The position numbers and the translations under genes were made by a program. From an uncultured Clostridium sp. (GTDB taxonomy: Bacteria; Bacillota; Clostridia; Oscillospirales; Acutalibacteraceae): a stretch of DNA of 53,550 nucleotides. The notes beneath the pieces are model-generated. The model had not been told where the DNA came from. It did no database searches and saw only the letters and a list, made by a program, of their open reading frames with translations. The stretch spans positions 12,320 through 65,869 of the forward strand of contig CAYLOD010000001.1 in the NCBI GenBank assembly GCA_964385235.1. Direction: 5' to 3'. Positions 48,194 to 53,550 of this stretch are shown here, piece after piece (positions within the stretch are counted from its first letter, which is position 1; each line of letters opens with the position of its first letter).

Positions 48194-50446
48194 CTACATA
48201 ATATTGTCTTTTTGTTCAAACGTAACGGTAACGACCGTCCCGCGCGCGACATTTTTCCCATTTTCAATGCTCTGCTTTGCCGCGCTGACGGATTCATCAC
48301 TTGAGAATGTACCCGATAATGTGATATTAAGTCCCGAATCCGCCGCCAGTGTGGACGCCTGCGACATGGTCATTCCCGTGAAATCAGGTACTGTAACTAT
48401 ATCGCTCTGCGCGGAATCATCAGTATAGAGAACTACCGTTCCATCTTTCGGTATCTGCGAGTATGCCTTCGGACTTTGAGATATGACCTTTTCCCCTTCT
48501 CCCTTTATAAGCGGAATAAGCTCGGCATTGCTTACCGCTGATGAAGCCTCATCAACAGACATACCGATATAAGATTCGGTCGTCGCGCTTAAATTATTAA
48601 GCTCGCTCTCATTGTACTTTTTCTCTATTCCGAGATACGGGAGAACCTCCGACATAATATTCCTGAAGCACGGACCCGCGACGGAGGTACCGTAGTAGCT
48701 GCCGCCTGTAGGAGTATCAAAGTAGCAGAGAAGCGCTACCTCGGGATTATCAGAGGGGGCTATGCCCGCAAACGATGCTATATAATCACTATCGCCGTCG
48801 CCGTTGTAATCACGGTGAGTTTCCGATGTACCTGTCTTTCCGCCGATCCTGTAGCCCGCGACATAGCCGTTTTTAGCGCCGCCGCTGACCGCATTCTCCT
48901 CAAGCATACCGCAAATCTGTTCCGCAATATCCTCGCTTATGACCTGACGCTTGACGGAAGGCTCCGTTGACTTAACTACATTACCCGCTGAATCTGTGAT
49001 CTGAGCGACAACATACGGCTGCATAAGGTTGCCGTTGTTGCCGATAGCGGCGAGAGCCATAACCATTTGTAGGGGAGTTATCTGGAAGTTCTGACCGAAC
49101 GCCGCGACAGCGACGTCGATATCGTACATTTTTCCCTCTATACCTTCCTGATCAAAGAAAATATCCTCGCTTTCACCCGGCAGGTCTATACCTGTCTTTT
49201 CGGAGAATCCGAAAGCCGTATAATATTGATAGAATTTCTCCGAGCCGAGCATGAAGCCCATCTGAACAAACGCGGGGTTGCAGGAATTCATGAGAGCTTC
49301 CAGGAGAGTTTGCGACCCGTGACCCGGCTCGCCGACATGACAGTCTATTCTTCTCTCTCCTTCATACGGAACAATATATCCGATACAATTAAATCGTGTA
49401 CTGTCATCGACAAGCTTCTCACTCAGAACAGCCGCTGTTGTCACCGGCTTGAAAACAGATCCGGGGACATAAGTATCTGCGACGGCCTTGTTCCTCCACT
49501 GCTCTGTGAGAGCGTTATTAGCCGCCTCCGCCTGCTTATCCTTGGGAAGCTTTGCGATTTTCTTTTTTACAGCCTCGTCGGCGATCTCAAACGGCTCATT
49601 CGGGTCATACGAACCCTCGACCGCCATTCCGAGAACAGCGCCCGTTTTGACCTCTACCATGATAGCACAGCCGCGGTTAGCGACCTTATTTTCTACAATA
49701 GCCTGCTTGACGTATTTTTCCATAATACGCTGAATGGTTTCATCTATAGTCAGCGTCAGATTATAGCCGTCCTGCGCGTCTACCTTCTGCTGGTACTGGA
49801 ACGGCATTTCTGTACCGACGCCGTTTTGCGCCGTAATTATACGTCCGGGTCTGCCTGTCAGGTACTCGTCATACTGAGCCTCCAAGCCCTCAAGTCCCTG
49901 TCCGTCGCTTCCTACAAAGCCGAGAATATTTGCCGCGAAGGAATTCATGGGATAGCTTCTCTTAAAGTCCTCTATGGTGTTTATAGCCTGACTGATGTTA
50001 TTCTCTTCCTTTATTTTTTCGGCAAAGTCGAGAACCTTTTCTCTTGTTTCTGTATCCACCTGTCTTTTTACTTCTATATAGTATGACTTTTTAAGTGTCT
50101 TTTTATATATATCATCGGAATCCAGCTCGAGAATTTTCGCAAGACCGTCGGCAACGATATGGCGATCATTATCGGTTTCAAGATATATGGGCGCGATTAC
50201 GATCTTCCAAACGGTCGCGCTCTGCGCAAGTACTTTGCCGTTCCTGTCGTAGATGCTTCCGCGCTTCGCGCTTATCGTTGTGTCGGCAAGCTGCTGGTCT
50301 ATCGCTTTCTGCTGAAGCTCCGGCGCCATATATGTTTGCAGATAAAGCAATCTCGCTATTACCGAGCCGAAACCGCCTATAAGTATAACAAGCAAAACGA
50401 CCAATGACCTGCGCCAAAGCATTACAGTCGGACCCTTGTTCGCCAT
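48194..50446 (-). CDS. Class B penicillin-binding protein (FtsI/SpoVD-like) with two PASTA domains
   Basis: KRGSIYDRNG, GLEAQYD, PGSVFK (SxxK), SCN, GGKTGT, two PASTA repeats; ATG 50446 after AAGGAGGA. Confidence 0.92.
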   Translation of the reverse strand: MANKGPTVMLWRRSLVVLLVILIGGFGSVIARLLYLQTYMAPELQQKAIDQQLADTTISAKRGSIYDRNGKVLAQSATVWKIVIAPIYLETDNDRHIVADGLAKILELDSDDIYKKTLKKSYYIEVKRQVDTETREKVLDFAEKIKEENNISQAINTIEDFKRSYPMNSFAANILGFVGSDGQGLEGLEAQYDEYLTGRPGRIITAQNGVGTEMPFQYQQKVDAQDGYNLTLTIDETIQRIMEKYVKQAIVENKVANRGCAIMVEVKTGAVLGMAVEGSYDPNEPFEIADEAVKKKIAKLPKDKQAEAANNALTEQWRNKAVADTYVPGSVFKPVTTAAVLSEKLVDDSTRFNCIGYIVPYEGERRIDCHVGEPGHGSQTLLEALMNSCNPAFVQMGFMLGSEKFYQYYTAFGFSEKTGIDLPGESEDIFFDQEGIEGKMYDIDVAVAAFGQNFQITPLQMVMALAAIGNNGNLMQPYVVAQITDSAGNVVKSTEPSVKRQVISEDIAEQICGMLEENAVSGGAKNGYVAGYRIGGKTGTSETHRDYNGDGDSDYIASFAGIAPSDNPEVALLCYFDTPTGGSYYGTSVAGPCFRNIMSEVLPYLGIEKKYNESELNNLSATTESYIGMSVDEASSAVSNAELIPLIKGEGEKVISQSPKAYSQIPKDGTVVLYTDDSAQSDIVTVPDFTGMTMSQASTLAADSGLNITLSGTFSSDESVSAAKQSIENGKNVARGTVVTVTFEQKDNIM

Positions 50447-50699
50447 ATTGTTCCTCCTTAATAAGCTAAAATAGGGTTGTAACAACACGCAGTCAGCAAA
50501 ATCAGCTACCGCCTTGTTACAGCCCCGCCCTACTCTCCGCTCAAGAAAATACCGTTCGCATAGCAGCCCGCGGTTATAATACCGACAACTGCCGCGCGCA
50601 TTTTGCCGAACACCGCGGCAGCCCTTCCGAAACCTGTGATATACATCGGTACTTCCTTAAATTTATACTTAATATATAACTATTTTTATAAACCCGATG

Positions 50700-51203
50700 T
50701 TATGACCAAAGACTCGTAAATGCGTCGGCTATTATCTCAAAAACATTCCTTTTGCTGTCGTCATCAAGCACCACTGCCTTATCCTCCCCGGACATAGTTA
50801 TAAATTCCTTATCCATATTTTCGGCTTTTGTCATACCGAGGACATTTTCCGCATAGTTCTCGATCTTTTCGGCGGAAAGCTTGCTGTCTATCTGTACCTG
50901 ATACTGTGTAGACTGTCCCTCTATGATGCTAAGCTCCTCCTGTGCCGCTATTATCTCCGCGTTAAGCTCATTTATGAGAACGTTCGACTGAACTATCGTT
51001 ATCGACACAACGGTAAATATTATGACAAATGCGGATATTGCCGCAATATACAGGCGGTTGTGCTTGCGTCTTGCCTCTTTATTTATACTTCCGTCAGGAA
51101 GCACTATCATATTATTCTTTTTGGGCTGCTGAGTTTTCTTTTCAAGTTCCGGCGCGGTTTCAAAAAGCGAAAGATCATATGCGCGGTTTGCCTGTTCCTT
51201 CAT
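50700..51203 (-). CDS. FtsL-like cell division protein
   Basis: One TM followed by a coiled coil and IENYAENVLGM; between rsmH and pbp. Confidence 0.75.
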   Translation of the reverse strand: MKEQANRAYDLSLFETAPELEKKTQQPKKNNMIVLPDGSINKEARRKHNRLYIAAISAFVIIFTVVSITIVQSNVLINELNAEIIAAQEELSIIEGQSTQYQVQIDSKLSAEKIENYAENVLGMTKAENMDKEFITMSGEDKAVVLDDDSKRNVFEIIADAFTSLWS

Positions 51204-51226
51204 TCATTATCTTCCCTTCAGAATAT

Positions 51227-52162
51227 TTAATTCAGTTCCTTTATTTTTTCACAAACTCTCAGCTTTGCGCTACGGCTCCTCGGATTATCCTCAAGTTCGG
51301 CGCGCGACGCTTCGACGGGCTTTCGTGTTACAAGCCTTGCACTCGGAGTTTTTCCGCATACACATACCGGAAAATCCTTAGGGCAGGTGCAACCCTTACA
51401 CCATTTTGCCATTCTCTGCTTGACGATCCTGTCCTCAAGCGAATGAAAAGTAATTACGGCAATCCTTCCTCCGGCACAGAGCAGTGAAAACGCCGCGTCA
51501 AGTCCCTCCGAAAGCCTGTCAAGCTCGCCGTTCACGGCTATTCTCAACGCCTGAAATGTCTTTCTCGCGGGATGACCGCTGCGTCTTTCCTTTGCGGGAT
51601 AAGCGTTTGCGACGATCTCCGCAAGCTCGAGAGTGGTTTCGATCGGCTTTTGCGCTCTTGCCTTTTCAATAGCCCGAACGATATTTTTTGCAAATTTTTC
51701 CTCTCCGTAAAGCGTTAAAATTTCGCAAAGTTCTTCATACGAAAGCGTATTGACAAGGTCGGCGGCAGTTGCGCCGCTTTTACTCATTCTCATATCGAGC
51801 GGAGCGTCGTAATGATAGGAAAAACCTCGTTCGGGTGTGTCAAGCTGTCTTGACGAAACGCCTATATCGAGCAGTACGCCGTTGACTTCGGTTATTCCGA
51901 GATTGAACGCCGCTTCTCTCATATTTGAGAAATTGGTTCTATATACAGTTACTTTATTATCATTCTTAAAGCGGTCCGTGAGCGTTTCAACAGCCTCGGG
52001 ATCCTGATCTATGCAGATAAGTCTGCCGTTTTCAAGCCTTCGCGCTATCTCGCTTGAGTGACCGCCGCCGCCTGCCGTTGCGTCAATATATGTACCGTTC
52101 GGAACGATGTTTAAATGCTCTATTGTTTCATTCAACAAGACAGGCTTATGCACAAACTCCAT
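51227..52162 (-). CDS. rsmH: 16S rRNA m4C1402 methyltransferase
   Basis: HKPVLLNE, DATAGGGGHS, PLDMRM, FQALRIAVN, FHSLEDR, NPRSRSAKLR. Confidence 0.97.
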   Translation of the reverse strand: MEFVHKPVLLNETIEHLNIVPNGTYIDATAGGGGHSSEIARRLENGRLICIDQDPEAVETLTDRFKNDNKVTVYRTNFSNMREAAFNLGITEVNGVLLDIGVSSRQLDTPERGFSYHYDAPLDMRMSKSGATAADLVNTLSYEELCEILTLYGEEKFAKNIVRAIEKARAQKPIETTLELAEIVANAYPAKERRSGHPARKTFQALRIAVNGELDRLSEGLDAAFSLLCAGGRIAVITFHSLEDRIVKQRMAKWCKGCTCPKDFPVCVCGKTPSARLVTRKPVEASRAELEDNPRSRSAKLRVCEKIKELN

Positions 52163-52166
52163 ATTA

Positions 52167-52586
52167 TTAAATACCGAGTGATGTCATTACGTCAAACACA
52201 CTGTCCTCCGTAATCTTATTTTTGTATTCATTCCAGCTTTCAAGATCCCAAATCTCTACCTTTACTCCCGTGCCGATGATCACAACATCCTTTGTAAGAT
52301 GTGCGAAATCCCTCAGCGGTTGCGGGATAAGGATCCTGCCCTGTTTATCGGGCTCAAGTTCCGCGGCTCCCGAAAATAGAAATCTTTGCAGATCTTTTGT
52401 CTGTGAGCCCGGCAACGATCTCAGCTTTTCACCGAGAGTGTCCCAGTCGCTCTGCGAAAGAACCGAAAGACAGTTGTCAAGACCGCGCGTAACATAAAAC
52501 ACCTCTCCAAGCTCCTCCCGGAACTTGGCCGGCATTATGACACGACCCTTTTGATCAATATTATGTTGGTATGTTCCGATCAACAT
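52167..52586 (-). CDS. mraZ: Division/cell-wall cluster regulator MraZ
   Basis: Two DxxGR repeats (DQKGR, DKQGR), VEIWD; ATG 52586. Confidence 0.95.
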   Translation of the reverse strand: MLIGTYQHNIDQKGRVIMPAKFREELGEVFYVTRGLDNCLSVLSQSDWDTLGEKLRSLPGSQTKDLQRFLFSGAAELEPDKQGRILIPQPLRDFAHLTKDVVIIGTGVKVEIWDLESWNEYKNKITEDSVFDVMTSLGI

Positions 52587-52619
52587 AACTGCCACACTTG
52601 GGGAATGTATGCTCAGTGA

Positions 52620-52659
52620 CCTCCACTTCGCTCTACTTAGCCCCACCTTTCACCACTTT
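52620..52659 (-). promoter_or_regulatory. MraZ operator: four GTGG-type boxes with 10-nt period
   Basis: Minus strand AAAGTGGTGA AAGGTGGGGC TAAGTAGAGC GAAGTGGAGG just downstream of the promoter. Confidence 0.85.
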
Positions 52660-52667
52660 CTGTATCC

Positions 52668-52696
52668 ATTATAGTATACCCGTCATAAAAAAGCAA
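52668..52696 (-). promoter_or_regulatory. Sigma-A promoter of the dcw cluster
   Basis: TTGCTT-17 nt-TATAAT. Confidence 0.75.
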
Positions 52697-53550
52697 GTAT
52701 TACAGAGAGAAAAGAATCACCAAATTTTTCCGGGGCCTGAAACCCCATTACCGTATTATATTATAAAAAATCGACAATAATGCGGTTTTTCTCGGAATTT
52801 CACTACCCCAATATATGGTCTTGATTTAAAAGGTGAAACACAAGCAAAACTATATTTCGTGGTTACATTTATATTCTATCACAACAGCTTGCAAAATGCT
52901 ACAAAAAATTTATTAATATTAAATTTTTGTAACAATTAACAGTTAATTTCATTTCAGCCATGTTTTTCTTTAAAAGAGCACAAAAATAATTCTTTTTTAT
53001 AATAATAATCGCGTCATACAGCAAAGGGCGTTTTGTTTCGTATCGCTGAAAAAATGTATTTTGACGTAATATTTTCTTAAATTCTCTATCCTTTGTACCA
53101 TAAAATAGCAGTATTACCCCAATTTTTCATCAATATTCCCCCACTTTACAGATAATGCGCGCTTTTTTTCCTTAAAAATAATATCGACATAAATTTAAGA
53201 AAATATCTTTTGTGCAAATTGACGAAAGATTTAAAAATCAGCTCACATTTAAGCTTTTTATGCTGAAAAAATTTATAAATTTCAGCCGTATTAAACATAT
53301 AAAAAAATCCGAGAGAATTGCCACAGATAATCATGATTAACATAAGTACAATATTGTTTTGCAAAATTTTTCGCACCTATCACCCGGCTGAGGTTATAAT
53401 TTATCGGCAGGTATCCGCCCCCTGCTGATTTTACTCTAAATCTGCCGTATTCAATTACGGTGCAAATCAATATTAAAGCACGGCTTCGGCGAGCTGTCAA
53501 AATTGCAAAGCTATTCCGAGCGCTAAGGAAAAAATGAGAATATGCCTTTT

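Noticed and set aside
49226-50086. 286-aa plus-strand ORF
   Set aside because: Antisense shadow of the PBP gene; no recognisable motif
52700-53550. Short ORFs (53146..53376, 53291..53500) and a possible replication origin in the AT-rich right end
   Set aside because: No convincing RBS or motifs; no cluster of DnaA boxes

Overview
Chromosomal, mostly housekeeping window from a spore-forming Clostridia-type Firmicute (gene content and style suggest Oscillospiraceae/Ruminococcaceae; this is inference). Left to right: bofA-like and DUF378 genes; a compact divergent XRE-repressor/ImmA-peptidase switch with no integrase or phage genes in the window; a dnaD-dnaC-degV-rnr operon; a PHP phosphatase; an ACT/UPF0210 pair; a complete 9-gene V/A-type ATPase operon with a terminator-like leader; a decayed zinc-ribbon gene; a ClC-family channel; asparagine synthase; a minus-strand accessory run (DUF1538 + double P-II, phosphoesterase, aroB, TPR-SUFU-DUF2185, TPR, DMT, HD, TspO); T-box-tyrS-nusB-TsaD-like-xseAB-ispA; and a dcw cluster (mraZ-rsmH-ftsL-pbp-[degenerate Mur-like gene]-mraY-ftsW-murG-murA-ftsQ-ftsZ) with no intact murD/E/F and no ftsA. 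No rRNA, tRNA, CRISPR array or transposase was seen. Best leads: the orphan XRE/ImmA switch with visible promoters and operators, the probably inactive Mur-ligase-like gene at the murE position, a dispersed intergenic motif linked to a 15-bp tandem array, the ATPase leader hairpin, and an apparent ACG start codon. All family calls are by eye from motifs; no searches were run.
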